From: the human T2T-CHM13v2.0 reference genome, Homo sapiens
Reading direction: 5' to 3' (one strand)
Length of the DNA: 64,000 nucleotides
Assembly (NCBI RefSeq): GCF_009914755.1
Contig: NC_060948.1
The notes under the pieces are model-generated. The model was given only the letters and a program-made list of their open reading frames with translations. It did not search any database and was not told the origin of the DNA. This document shows, one piece after another, positions 41,501 to 56,600 of the stretch (position 1 is the stretch's first letter; each line of letters starts with the position of its first letter). Both the position numbers and the translations under genes were made by a program.

Positions 41501-44500
41501 GAATTGAAAGGAATGGGATCGAATCGAATGGAATATACTGGAATGTAATGTAATGAACTCGAATGTAATTGACTGGAATGGAATGTACATGAATGGAAGG
41601 TAATCGAATGGAAAGTAATCCAATGGAATAGAATCTAATGCAATAAAATCGACTCAGATAGAGTAGAATGTAATGGAATGGAGTGCAGTGCAATGGAATG
41701 GAATGGAATTGAATGCAATGGAATGGAATGGAATGGAATGGAATGGAATGGAATGGAATGGAATGGGATGGAATGGTATGGAATGGATAGTAATGGACTG
41801 GAGTGAAATGGACAGGAAAGGAATGGACTCAAATTGAAAGGGCTCGAAAGGAATGGAGTCAAATGGAATGGTCTGGAATGGAATGAACACGAATGTAATG
41901 CAATCCAATAGAATGGAATCGAATGGCATGGAATATAAAGAAATGGATTCGAAGAGAATGGAAACAAATGGAATGGAATTGAATGGAATGGAATTGAATG
42001 GAATGGGAACGAATGGAGTGAAATTGTATGCAGTAGAAGGGAATAGAATGGAATGCAAGCGAAAGGAAAGGAATGGATTGGAATGGAATGGAATTCATTG
42101 GAATGGAAGGGAATGTAGTGTAATGGACAGGCCTGGAATAAAGTGGAATGCTACGGTCTCGAATGGAATAAAAATGTATGGAATGGAATGCAATGAAACG
42201 GAATCGAATGTCATAGAATGTAATGGAATGCAACAAAATGGAATCCAAAATCATTGACTGGAAAGGCTGGGTGTCGAAAGGAATTGACTCCAATGGAATG
42301 GAATCGAATGGAATGGAAGTGAATAGAATCGAACTAAATCGAATGCAATGGAATTGATAGGAACGGAGTGGAAAGGAATGCAATGATTTGGCATGGAATG
42401 GAATCGAATGGCATCGAATGGAATGGAATGGAATGCAATGGAATGGAATGTATTAGAATGTAATGAACTTTAATGGAACATACTCGAATGGATTCGACTG
42501 GAATGGAATGTTCTGGAAGTGAATGGACTCCAATGGAATGGATTCAAAAGGAATGGAATTGTACGGAATGGAATCTAATGGAATGGAATTAAATGGAAAT
42601 GAATCAAATTGAATAGCACGGAATTGAATTGAATGGAATGGAATGCAATGGAATCTAATGAAACGGAAAGGAAAGGAATGGAATGGAATGGAATGGGCTG
42701 GAATGGAAAGGAATCGAAACGAATGGAATGGAATCGAACTGAAGAGACTGGAATGGAATGCACTGGAATGGAAGGGAGTGTAATGGAAGGTTCTCGAAAA
42801 AAATGGAATCGAATGGAATGGAATTGAATGGAACGGAATAGAGTCGAATGGAATTGAATGGAATGGAATGGACTAGAGTGAAATGGAATCGAACCACAAG
42901 GAATGGACAGGAATAGAATGGTCTCGAATTGAATGGAATCGTATGGAATGGCATCAAACGGAATGGAATGGACAGCCACGGAATGGAATGCACTCGAATG
43001 CAATGGAGTCGAAACTAATGGACTGGAATAGAATGGACTCGACTGGTACGGACTCCAATGGAATGGAATCGAATGGAAGGGAATCGAACGGAATGGACTC
43101 GAAGGGAAAAGACTGCAATGGAAAGGTCTCGAATGGAATGGAAATTAATGGAATGGAATGGAATCGAATGAAATGGAGTCAAAAGGAATGGAATCGAATG
43201 GCAAGAAATCGAATGTAATGGAATCGCCAGGAATTGATGTGAACGGAACGGAATGGAATGGAATCCAAAGGAATGGAATAGAATGGAATGGAATCGAATG
43301 GAAAGGACTCGAATGGAAATCACTCGAATAGAATGCAATTTAATAAAATAGGATCAAATGTAATGGAATGGAATGGAAAGGAATCGAAACGAAAGGAATG
43401 GAGACAGATGGAATGGAATAGAACAGCGAGCAATGGTATAGAATGGAATGGAATCATCTGGAATGGAATTGAATGGAATGGAATAATATGAAATGGAATG
43501 GAATGGAATGGAATGGAATGGAATGCCCTTGAATTAAATGGACTGGAATGGAATGGACTCGAACAGAGTGGAATGGAAAGTGTTGAGATAGAATGGAATG
43601 GACTCCTTTGGAATGGTGTAGTATGCAATGCAATCGACTGGCAGGGAATCAAATGGAATGTAATCGAATGGATTGGACTGGAATGCAATGGACTCGAATA
43701 GATTGCAAACGGAATGCAAAGGAATGGAATGGAATAGTATGGAATGGAATGGAAAGGAATGGAGTGGAATAGACTAGAGTGGAATGGAATGGACTGGAAA
43801 GCAATGGACTGGAATGGAACTTTCTTGAATGGACTGGAATCAAACGGAATGGAATGCAATGCAATCAAATGGCATGGAATAAAATAGAATGAAAGAGAAT
43901 CAAATGGAATTGAATCGAATGGAATCGAATGGATTGGAAAGGAATAGAATGGAATGGAATGGAATGGACTCAAATGGAATGGACTAGAATGGAATGGATT
44001 CGAATGGAAGGCAAAGGAATGGAATCTATTGGAATGGACTGTAATGGAATGGAATGGAAGGGATTGGAATGGACTCGAATGGAATGGACTGCAATAGAAA
44101 GGATTCGAATGGAATGAAAAAGAATTGAATGGAATAGAACAGAATGGAATCAAATCGAATGAAATGGAATGGAATAGAAAGGAATGGAATGAAATGGAAT
44201 GGAAAGGATTCGAATGGAATGCAATCAAATGGAATGGAATCGAACGGAATGGAATAAAATGGAAGAAAACTGGCAAGAAATGGAATCGAAATGAATGGAG
44301 TGTTATGGAACGGACTCAAAAGGAATTGAATGTAATAGAATGGAGTGGAGTGGACTCGAATATAATGGACTGGAATGGAATGAAATCACATGGAATGGGA
44401 ACGAATGGAATGGAATGGAAAGGAATGGAATCGAATGGAAAGGAATCGAATGGAAGGGAATGAAATTGAATCAACAGGAATGGAAGGGAATAGAATAGAC

Positions 44501-45697
44501 GGCAATGGAATGGACTCGAATAGAATGGACACGAATGCTCAAATTGAATGGACTCGAATGGAATGGAAACGAAAGGAATGTCATCGAATGGAATTGAATC
44601 GATTGGAATGAAATCGCATAGAATGGAGTGGAATCAAATGGAATTGAATCGAAAGGAAAGGAAGCGAATGGACTGAAATGAAATGGAATGGAATTGAATG
44701 GAAAGTAATGCAATGGAATAGAATGGAACGAAATTTCACGGAATGGAATCAAACTGAATGGAATCAAATCAATGGAATCAAATCAAATGAATGGAAAGGA
44801 ATTGAATGGAGTAGATTGGATTGGATGGGATTGGAATGAAATGTACTGGAAAGGACTCGAATTTCATGAAACGGAATGGAATGAATTGGAACGGAATGGA
44901 CTCGAATGGAATGGAATGACATGGAATGGCATCAAATGGAATGGCATCAAATGGAATGGAATCGAATGCAATGGAATGCTATGGAAGGGAATGGAATGCA
45001 TTGGAATGGAATGTCCTCTAATGGAATGGATTCGAGTGGAATGGAATCGAATATAATGGAGTCGAATGAAATGGAATTGAAAGGAATGGGATCGAATACA
45101 ATGGAATATACTGGAATGTAATGTAATGAACTCGAATGTAATTGACTGGAATGGAATGTACATGAATGGAATGTAATCGAATGGAAAGTAATCCAATGGA
45201 ATAGAATCTAATGCAATAAAATCGACTCAGATAGAGTAGAATGTAATGGAATGGAGTGCAGTGCAATGGAATGGAATGGAATGGAATGCAATTGAATGGA
45301 ATGGAATGGAATGGAATGGAATGGAATGGAATGGGATGGAATGGTATGGAATGGATAGTAATGGACTGGAGTGAAATGGACTGGAAAGGAATGGACTCAA
45401 ATTGAAAGGGCTCGAAAGGAATGGAGTCAAATGGAATGGTCTGGAATGGAATGAACAAGAATGTAATGCAATCCAATAGAATGGAATCGAATGACATGGA
45501 ATATAAAGAAATGGAATCGGAGAGAATGGAAACAAATGGAATTGAATTGAATGGAATGGAATTGAATGGTATGGGAACGAATGGAGTGAAATTGTATGCA
45601 GTAGAAGGGAATAGAATGGAATGCAAGCGAAAGGAAAGGAATGGATTGGAATGGAATGGAATTCATTGGAATGGAAGGGAATGTAGTGTAATGGACA

Positions 45698-47112
45698 GGC
45701 CTGGAATAAAGTGGAATGCTACGGTCTCGAATGGAATAAAAATGTATGGAATGGAATGCAATGAAATGGAATCGAATGTCATAGAATGTAATGGAATGCA
45801 ACAAAATGGAATCCAAAATCATTGACTGGAAAGGCTGGGTGTCGAAAGGAATTGACTCCAATGGAATGGAATCGAATGGAATGGAAGTGAATAGAATCGA
45901 ACTAAATCGAATGGAATGGAATTGATAGGAACGGAATGGAAAGGAATGCAATGATTTGGCATGGAATGGAATCGAATGGCATCGAATGGAATGGAATGGA
46001 ATGCAATGGAATGGAATGTATTAGAATGTAATGAACTTTAATGGAATGTACTCGAATGGATTCGACTGGAATGGAATGTTCTGGAAGTGAATGGACTCCA
46101 ATGGAATGGATTCCAAAGGAATGGAATCGTACGGAATGGAATCTAATGGAATGGAATTAAATGGAAATGAATCAAATTGAATAGCACGGAATTGAATTGA
46201 ATGGAATGGAATGCAATGGAATCTAATGAAACGGAAAGGAAAGGAATGGAATGGAATGGAATGGGCTGGAATGGAAAGGAATCGAAACGAATGGAATGGA
46301 ATCGAACTGAAGAGACTGGAATGGAATGCACTGGAATGGAAGGGAGTGTAATGGAAGGTTCTCGAAAAAAATGGAATCGAATGGAATGGAATTGAATGGA
46401 ACGGAATAGAGTCGAATGGAATTGAATGGAATGGAATGGACTAGAGTGAAATGGAATCGAACCACAAGGAATGGACATGAATAGAATGGTCTCGAATTGA
46501 ATGGAATCGTATGGAATGGCATCAAACGGAATGGAATGGACAGCCACGGAATGGAATGCACTCGAATGCAATGGAGTCGAAACTAATGGACTGGAATAGA
46601 ATGGACTCGACTGGTACGGACTCCAATGGAATGGAATCGAATGGAAGGGAATCGAACGGAATGGACTCGAAGGGAAAAGACTGCAATGGAAAGGTCTCGA
46701 ATGGAATGGAAATTAATGGAATGGAATGGAATCGAATGAAATGGAGTCAAAAGGAATGGAATCGAATGGCAAGAAATCGAATGTAATGGAATCACAAGGA
46801 ATTGATGTGAACGGAACGGAATGGAATGGAATCCAAAGGAATGGAATAGAATGGAATGGAATCGAACGGAAAGGACTCGAATGGAAATCACTCTAATAGA
46901 ATGCAATTTAATAAAATAGGATAAAATGTAATGGAATGGAATGGAAGGGAATCGAAACGAAAGGAATGGAGACAGATGGAATGGAATGGAACAGAGAGCA
47001 ATGGTATAGAATGGAATGGAATCATCTGGAATGGAATTGAATGGAATGGAATAATATGAAATGGAATGGAATGGAATTCATTGGAATGGAAGGGAATGTA
47101 GTGTAATGGACA
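45698..47112 (+). repeat. Truncated 1415-bp DYZ1 unit (type C), copy 3
   Basis: Runs from GGCC 45698 to GGCC 47113, with the same junction at 47062-47077. Confidence 0.92.
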
Positions 47113-50100
47113 GGCCTGGAATAAAGTGGAATGCTACGGTCTCGAATGGAATAAAAATGTATGGAATGGAATGCAATGAAACGGAATCGAATGTCATAGA
47201 ATGTAATGGAATGCAAAAAAATGGAATCCAAAATCATTGACTGGAAAGGCTGGGTGTCGAAAGGAATTGACTCCAATGGAATGGAATCAAATGGAATGGA
47301 AGTGAATAGAATCGAACTAAATCGAATGGAATGGAATTGATAGGAACGGAATGGAAAGGAATGCAATGATTTGGCATGGAATGGAATCGAATGGCATCGA
47401 ATGGAATGGAATGGAATGCAATGGAATGGAATGTATTAGAATGTAATGAACTTTAATGGAATGTACTCGAATGGATTCGACTGGAATGGAATGTTCTGGA
47501 AGTGAATGGACTCCAATGGAATGGATTCAAAAGGAATGGAATCGTACAGAATGGAATCTAATGGAATGGAATTAAATGGAAATGAATCAAATTGAATAGC
47601 ACGGAATTGAATTGAATGAAATGGAATGCAATGGAATCTAATGAAACGGAAAGGAAAGGAATGGAATGGAATGGAATGGGCTGGAATGGAAAGGAATCGA
47701 AACGAATGGAATGGAATCGAACTGAAGAGACTGGAATGGAATGCACTGGAATGGAAGGGAGTGTAATGGAAGGTTCTCGAAAAAAATGGAATCGAATGGA
47801 ATGCAATTGAATGGAACGGAATAGAGTCGAATGGAATTGAATGGAATGGAATGGACTAGAGTGAAATGGAATCGAACCACAAGGAATGGACAGGAATAGA
47901 ATGGTCTCGAATTGAATGGAATCGTATGGAATGGCATCAAACGGAATGGAATGGACAGCCACGGAATGGAATGCACTCGAATGCAATGGAGTCGAAACTA
48001 ATGGACTGGAATAGAATGGACTCGACTGGTACGGACTCCAATGGAATGGAATCGAATGGAAGGGAATCGAACGGAATGGACTCGAAGGGAAAAGACTGCA
48101 ATGGAAAGGTCTCGAATGGAATGGAAATTAATGGAATGGAATGGAATCGAATGAAATGGAGTCAAAAGTAATGGAATCGAATGGCAAGAAATCGAATGTA
48201 ATGGAATCGCAAGGAATTGATGTGAACGGAACGGAATGGAATGGAATCCAAAGGAATGGAATAGAATGGAATGGAATCGAATGGAAAGGACTCGAATGGA
48301 AATCACTCGAATAGAATGCAATTTAATAAAATAGGATCAAATGTAATGGAATGGAATGGAAAGGAATCGAAACGAAAGGAATGGAGACAGATGGAATGGA
48401 ATGGAACAGAGAGCAATGGTATAGAATGGAATGGAATCATCTGGAATGGAATTGAATGGAATGGAATAATATGAAATGGAATGGAATGGAATGGAATGGA
48501 ATGGAATGGAATGCCCTTGAATTAAATGGACTGGAATGGAATGGACTCGAACAGAGTGGAATGGAAAGTGTTGAGATAGAATGGAATGGACTCCTTTGGA
48601 ATGGTCTAGTATGCAATGCAATCGACTGGTAGGGAATCAAAAGGAATGTAATCGAATGGATTGGACTGGAATGCAATGGACTCGAATAGATTGGAAACGG
48701 AATGCAAAGGAATGGAATGGAATAGTATGGAATGGAATGGAAAGGAATGGAGTGGAATAGACTAGAGTGGAATGGAATGGACTGGAAAGCAATGGACTGG
48801 AATGGAACTTTCTTGAATGGACTGGAATCAAACGGAATGGAATGCAATGCAATCAAATGGCATGGAATAAAATAGAATGAAAGAGAATCAAATGGAATTG
48901 AATCGAATGGAATCCAATGGATTGGAAAGGAATAGAATGGAATGGAATGGAATTGACTCAAATGGAATGGACTAGAATGGAATGGATTCGAATGGAAGGC
49001 AAAGGAATGGAATCTATTGGAATGGACTGTAATGGAATGGAATGGAAGGGATTGGAATGGACTCGAATGGAATGGACTGCAATAGAAAGGATTCGAATGG
49101 AATGAAAAAGAATTGAATGGAATAGAACAGAATGGAATCAAATCGAATGAAATGGAATGGAATAGAAAGGAATGGAATGAAATGGAATGGAAAGGATTCG
49201 AATGGAATGCAATCGAATGGAATGGAATCGAACGGAATGGAATAAAATGGAAGAAAACTGGCAAGAAATGGAATCGAAATGAATGGAGTGTTATGGAACG
49301 GACTCAAAAGGAATTGAATGTAATAGAATGGAGTGGAGTGGACTCGAATATAATGGACTGGAATGGAATGAAATCACATGGAATGGGAACGAATGGAATG
49401 GAATGGAAAGGAATGGAATCGAATGGAAAGGAATCGAATGGAAGGGAATGAAATTGAATCAACAGGAATGGAAGGGAATAGAATAGACGGTAATGGAATG
49501 GACTCGAATAGAATGGACACGAATGCTCAATTTGAATGGACTCGAATGGAATGGAAACGAAAGGAATGTCATCGAATGGAATTGAATCGATTGGAATGAA
49601 ATCGCATAGAATGGAGTGGAATCAAATGGAATTGAATCGAAAGGAAAGGAAGCGAATGGACTGAAATGAAATGGAATGGAATTGAATGGAAAGTAATGCA
49701 ATGGAATAGAATGGAACGAAATTTCACGGAATGGAATCAAACTGAATGGAATCAAATCAATGGAATCTAATCAAATGGAATGGAAAGGAATTGAATGGAG
49801 TAGATTGGATTGGATGGGATTGGAATGAAATGTACTGGAAAGGACTCGAATTTCATGAAACGGAATGGAATGAATTGGAACGGAATGGACTCGAATGGAA
49901 TGGAATGTCATGGAATGGCATCAAATGGAATGGCATCAAATGGAATGGAATCGAATGCAATGGAATGTTATGGAATGGAATGGAATGCATTGGAATGGAA
50001 TGTCCTCTAATGGAATGGATTCGAGTGGAATGGAATCGAATATAATGGAGTCGAATGAAATGGAATTGAAAGGAATGGGATCGAATAGAATGGAATATAC

Positions 50101-50696
50101 TGGAATGTAATGTAATGAACTCGAATGTAATTGACTGGAATGGAATGTACATGAATGGAAGGTAATCGAATGGAAAGTAATCCAATGGAATAGAATCTAA
50201 TGCAATAAAATCGACTCAGATAGAGTAGAATGTAATGGAATGGAGTGCAGTGCAATGGAATGGAATGGAATTGAATGCAATGGAATGGAATGGAATGGAA
50301 TGGAATGGAATGGAATGGAATGGAATGGAATGGGATGGAATGGTATGGAATGGATAGTAATGGACTGGAGTGAAATGGACAGGAAAGGAATGGACTCAAA
50401 TTGAAAGGGCTCGAAAGGAATGGAGTCAAATGGAATGGTCTGGAATGGAATGAACACGAATGTAATGCAATCCAATAGAATGGAATCGAATGGCATGGAA
50501 TATAAAGAAATGGATTCGAAGAGAATGGAAACAAATGGAATGGAATTGAATGGAATGGAATTGAATGGAATGGGAACGAATGGAGTGAAATTGTATGCAG
50601 TAGAAGGGAATAGAATGGAATGCAAGCGAAAGGAAAGGAATGGATTGGAATGGAATGGAATTCATTGGAATGGAAGGGAATGTAGTGTAATGGACA

Positions 50697-53600
50697 GGCC
50701 TGGAATAAAGTGGAATGCTACGGTCTCGAATGGAATAAAAATGTATGGAATGGAATGCAATGAAACGGAATCGAATGTCATAGAATGTAATGGAATGCAA
50801 CAAAATGGAATCCAAAATCATTGACTGGAAAGGCTGGGTGTCGAAAGGAATTGACTCCAATGGAATGGAATCGAATGGAATGGAAGTGAATAGAATCGAA
50901 CTAAATCGAATGGAATGGAATTGATAGGAACGGAATGGAAAGGAATGCAATGATTTGGCATGGAATGGAATCGAATGGCATCGAATGGAATGGAATGGAA
51001 TGCAATGGAATGGAATGTATTAGAATGTAATGAACTTTAATGGAACGTACTCGAATGGATTCGACTGGAATGGAATGTTCTGGAAGTGAATGGACTCCAA
51101 TGGAATGGATTCAAAAGGAATGGAATTGTACGGAATGGAATCTAATGGAATGGAATTAAATGGAAATGAATCAAATTGAATAGCACGGAATTGAATTGAA
51201 TGGAATGGAATGCAATGGAATCTAATGAAACGGAAAGGAAAGGAATGGAATGGAATGGAATGGGCTGGAATGGAAAGGAATCGAAACGAATGGAATGGAA
51301 TCGAACTGAAGAGACTGGAATGGAATGCACTGGAATGGAAGGGAGTGTAATGGAAGGTTCTCGAAAAAAATGGAATCGAATGGAATGGAATTGAATGGAA
51401 CGGAATAGAGTCGAATGGAATTGAATGGAATGGAATGGACTAGAGTGAAATGGAATCGAACCACAAGGAATGGACAGGAATAGAATGGTCTCGAATTGAA
51501 TGGAATCGTATGGAATGGCATCAAACGGAATGGAATGGACAGCCACGGAATGGAATGCACTCGAATGCAATGGAGTCGAAACTAATGGACTGGAATAGAA
51601 TGGACTCGACTGGTACGGACTCCAATGGAATGGAATCGAATGGAAGGGAATCGAACGGAATGGACTCGAAGGGAAAAGACTGCAATGGAAAGGTCTCGAA
51701 TGGAATGGAAATTAATGGAATGGAATGGAATCGAATGAAATGGAGTCAAAAGGAATGGAATCGAATGGCAAGAAATCGAATGTAATGGAATCGCAAGGAA
51801 TTGATGTGAACGGAACGGAATGGAATGGAATCCAAAGGAATGGAATAGAATGGAATGGAATCGAATGGAAAGGACTCGAATGGAAATCACTCGAATAGAA
51901 TGCAATTTAATAAAATAGGATCAAATGTAATGGATTGGAATGGAAAGGAATCGAAACGAAAGGAATGGAGACAGATGGAATGGAATAGAACAGCGAGCAA
52001 TGGTATAGAATGGAATGGAATCATCTGGAATGGAATTGAATGGAATGGAATAATATGAAATGGAATGGAATGGAATGGAATGGAATGCCCTTGAATTAAA
52101 TGGACTGGAATGGAATGGACTCGAACAGAGTGGAATGGAAAGTGTTGAGATAGAATGGAATGGACTCCTTTGGAATGGTGTAGTATGCAATGCAATCGAC
52201 TGGCAGGGAATCAAATGGAATGTAATCGAATGGATTGGACTGGAATGCAATGGACTCGAATAGATTGCAAACGGAATGCAAAGGAATGGAATGGAATAGT
52301 ATGGAATGGAATGGAAAGGAATGGAGTGGAATAGACTAGAGTGGAATGGAATGGACTGGAAAGCAATGGACTGGAATGGAACTTTCTTGAATGGACTGGA
52401 ATCAAACGGAATGGAATGCAATGCAATCAAATGGCATGGAATAAAATAGAATGAAAGAGAATCAAATGGAATTGAATCGAATGGAATCGAATGGATTGGA
52501 AAGGAATAGAATGGAATGGAATGGAATGGACTCAAATGGAATGGACTAGAATGGAATGGATTCGAATGGAAGGCAAAGGAATGGAATCTATTGGAATGGA
52601 CTGTAATGGAATGGAATGGAAGGGATTGGAATGGACTCGAATGGAATGGACTGCAATAGAAAGGATTCGAATGGAATGAAAAAGAATTGAATGGAATAGA
52701 ACAGAATGGAATCAAATCGAATGAAATGGAATGGAATAGAAAGGAATGGAATGAAATGGAATGGAAAGGATTCGAATGGAATGCAATCGAATGGAATGGA
52801 ATCGAACGGAATGGAATAAAATGGAAGAAAACTGGCAAGAAATGGAATCGAAATGAATGGAGTGTTATGGAACGGACTCAAAAGGAATTGAATGTAATAG
52901 AATGGAGTGGAGTGGACTCGAATATAATGGACTGGAATGGAATGAAATCACATGGAATGGGAACGAATGGAATGGAATGGAAAGGAATGGAATCGAATGG
53001 AAAGGAATCGAATGGAAGGGAATGAAATTGAATCAACAGGAATGGAAGGGAATAGAATAGACGGTAATGGAATGGACTCGAATAGAATGGACACGAATGC
53101 TCAAATTGAATGGACTCGAATGGAATGGAAACGAAAGGAATGTCATCGAATGGAATTGAATCGATTGGAATGAAATCGCATAGAATGGAGTGGAATCAAA
53201 TGGAATTGAATCGAAAGGAAAGGAAGCGAATGGACTGAAATGAAATGGAATGGAATTGAATGGAAAGTAATGCAATGGAATAGAATGGAACGAAATTTCA
53301 CGGAATGGAATCAAACTGAATGGAATCAAATCAATGGAATCAAATCAAATGGAATGGAAAGGAATTGAATGGAGTAGATTGGATTGGATGGGATTGGAAT
53401 GAAATGTACTGGAAAGGACTCGAATTTCATGAAACGGAATGGAATGAATTGGAACGGAATGGACTCGAATGGAATGGAATGTCATGGAATGGCATCAAAT
53501 GGAATGGCATCAAATGGAATGGAATCGAATGGAATGGAATGCATTGGAATGGAATGTCCTCTAATGGAATGGATTCCAGTGGAATGGAATCGAATATAAT

Positions 53601-56600
53601 GGAGTCGAATGAAATGGAATTGAAAGGAATGGGATCGAATACAATGGAATATACTGGAATGTAATGTAATGAACTCGAATGTAATTGACTGGAATGGAAT
53701 GTACGTGAATGGAATGTAATCGAATGGAAAGTAATCCAATGGAATAGAATCTAATGCAATAAAATCGACTCAGATAGAGTAGAATGTAATGGAATGGAGT
53801 GCAGTGCAATGGAATGGAATGGAATGGAATGCAATTGAATGGAATGGAATGGAATGGAATGGAATGGAATGGGATGGAATGGTATGGAATAGATAGTAAT
53901 GGACTGGAGTTAAATGGACTGGAAAGGAATGGACTCAAATTGAAAGGGCTCGAAAGGAATGGAGTCAAATGGAATGGTCTGGAATGGAATGAACACGAAT
54001 GTAATGCAATCCAATAGAATGGAATCGAATGGCATGGAATATAAAGAAATGGAATCAGAGAGAATGGAAACAAATGGAATGGAATTGAATGGAATGGAAT
54101 TGAATGGAATGGGAACGAATGGAGTGAAATTGTATGCAGTATAAGGGAATAGAATGGAATGCAAGCGAAAGGAAAGGAATGGATTGGAATGGAATGGAAT
54201 TCATTGGAATGGAAGGGAATGTAGTGTAATGGACAGGCCTGGAATAAAGTGGAATGCTACGGTCTCGAATGGAATAAAAATGTATGGAATGGAATGCAAT
54301 GAAATGGAATCGAATGTCATAGAATGTAATGGAATGCAACAAAATGGAATCCAATATCATTGACTGGAAAGGCTGGGTGTCGAAAGGAATTGACTCCAAT
54401 GGAATGGAATCGAATGGAATGGAAGTGAATAGAATCGAACTAAATCGAATGGAATGGAATTGATAGGAACGGAATGGAAAGGAATGCAATGATTTGGCAT
54501 GGAATGGAATCGAATGGCATCGAATGGAATGGAATGGAATGCAATGGAATGGAATGTATTAGAATGTAATGAACTTTAATGGAATGTACTCGAATGGATT
54601 CGACTGGAATGGAATGTTCTGGAAGTGAATGGACTCCAATGGAATGGATTCAAAAGGAATGGAATCGTACGGAATGGAATCTAATGGAATGGAATTAAAT
54701 GGAAATGAATCAAATTGAATAGCACGGAATTGAATTGAATGGAATGGAATGCAATGGAATCTAATGAAACGGAAAGGAAAGGAATGGAATGGAATGGAAT
54801 GGGCTGGAATGGAAAGGAATCGAAACGAATGGAATGGAATCGAACTGAAGAGACTGGAATGGAATGCACTGGAATGGAAGGGAGTGTAATGGAAGGTTCT
54901 CGAAAAAAATGGAATCGAATGGAATGGAATTGAATGGAACGGAATAGAGTCGAATGGAATTGAATGGAATGGAATGGACTAGAGTGAAATGGAATCGAAC
55001 CACAAGGAATGGAGAGGAATAGAATGGTCTCGAATTGAATGGAATCGTATGGAATGGCATCAAACGGAATGGAATGGACAGCCACGGAATGGAATGCACT
55101 CGAATGCAATGGAGTCGAAACTAATGGACTGGAATAGAATGGACTCGACTGGTACGGACTCCAATGGAATGGAATCGAATGGAAGGGAATCGAACGGAAT
55201 GGACTCGAAGGGAAAAGACTGCAATGGAAAGGTCTCGAATGGAATGGAAATTAATGGAATGGAATGGAATCGAATGAAATGGAGTCAAAAGGAATGGAAT
55301 CGAATGGCAAGAAATCGAATGTAATGGAATCGCAAGGAATTGATGTGAACGGAACGGAATGGAATGGAATCCAAAGGAATGGAATAGAATGGAATGGAAT
55401 CGAATGGAAAGGACTCGAATGGAAATCACTCGAATAGAATGCAATTTAATAAAATAGGATCAAATGTAATGGAATGGAATGGAAAGGAATCGAAACGAAA
55501 GGAATGGAGACAGATGGAATGGAATGGAACAGAGAGCAATGGTATAGAATGGAATGGAATCATCTGGAATGGAATTGAATGGAATGGAATAATATGAAAT
55601 GGAATGGAATGGAATGGAATGGAATGCCCTTGAATTAAATGGACTGGAATGGAATGGACTCGAACAGAGTGGAATGGAAAGTGTTGAGATAGAATGGAAT
55701 GGACTCCTTTGGAATGGTCTAGTATGCAATGCAATCGACTGGCAGGGAATCAAAAGGAATGTAATCGAATGGATTGGACTGGAATGCAATGGACTCGAAT
55801 AGATTGGAAACGGAATGCAAAGGAATGGAATGGAATAGTATGGAATGGAATGGAAAGGAATGGAGTGGAATAGACTAGAGTGGAATGGAATGGACTGGAA
55901 AGCAATGGACTGGAATGGATCTTTCTTGAATGGACTGGAATCAAACGGAATGGAATGCAATGCAATCAAATGGCATGGAATAAAATAGAATGAAAGAGAA
56001 TCAAATGGAATTGAATCGAATGGAATCGAATGTATTGGAAAGGAATAGAATGGAATGGAATGGAATTGACTCAAATGGAATGGACTAGAATGGAATGGAT
56101 TCGAATGGAAGGCAAAGGAATGGAATCTATTGGAATGGACTGTAATGGAATGGAATGGAAGGGATTGGAATGGACTCGAATGGAATGGACTGCAATAGAA
56201 AGGATTCGAATGGAATGAAAAAGAATTGAATGGAATAGAACAGAATGGAATCAAATCGAATGAAATGGAATGGAATAGAAAGGAATGGAATGAAATGGAA
56301 TGGAAAGGATTCGAATGGAATGCAATCGAATGGAATGGAATCGAACGGAATGGAATAAAATGGAAGAAAACTGGCAAGAAATGGAATCGAAATGAATGGA
56401 GTGTTATGGAACGGACTCAAAAGGAATTGAATGTAATAGAATGGAGTGGAGTGGACTCGAATATAATGGACTGGAATGGAATGAAATCACATGGAATGGG
56501 AACGAATGGAATGGAATGGAAAGGAATGGAATCGAATGGAAAGGAATCGAATGGAAGGGAATGAAATTGAATCAACAGGAATGGAAGGGAATAGAATAGA

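Larger units (their letters stand above)
21432..52900 (+). repeat. 8562-bp higher-order repeat of DYZ1 units: [A ~3579][B ~3568][C 1415] x3, followed by A and a partial B
   Basis: The anchor series 28574/37136/45698 and 29989/38551/47113 are spaced exactly 8562 bp. Unit-type diagnostic SNVs recur at that period, e.g. GAATCTAATCA at 24077/32639/41201/49763 and a 1-bp deletion at 27665/36227/44789. The outer limits are approximate. Confidence 0.88.
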
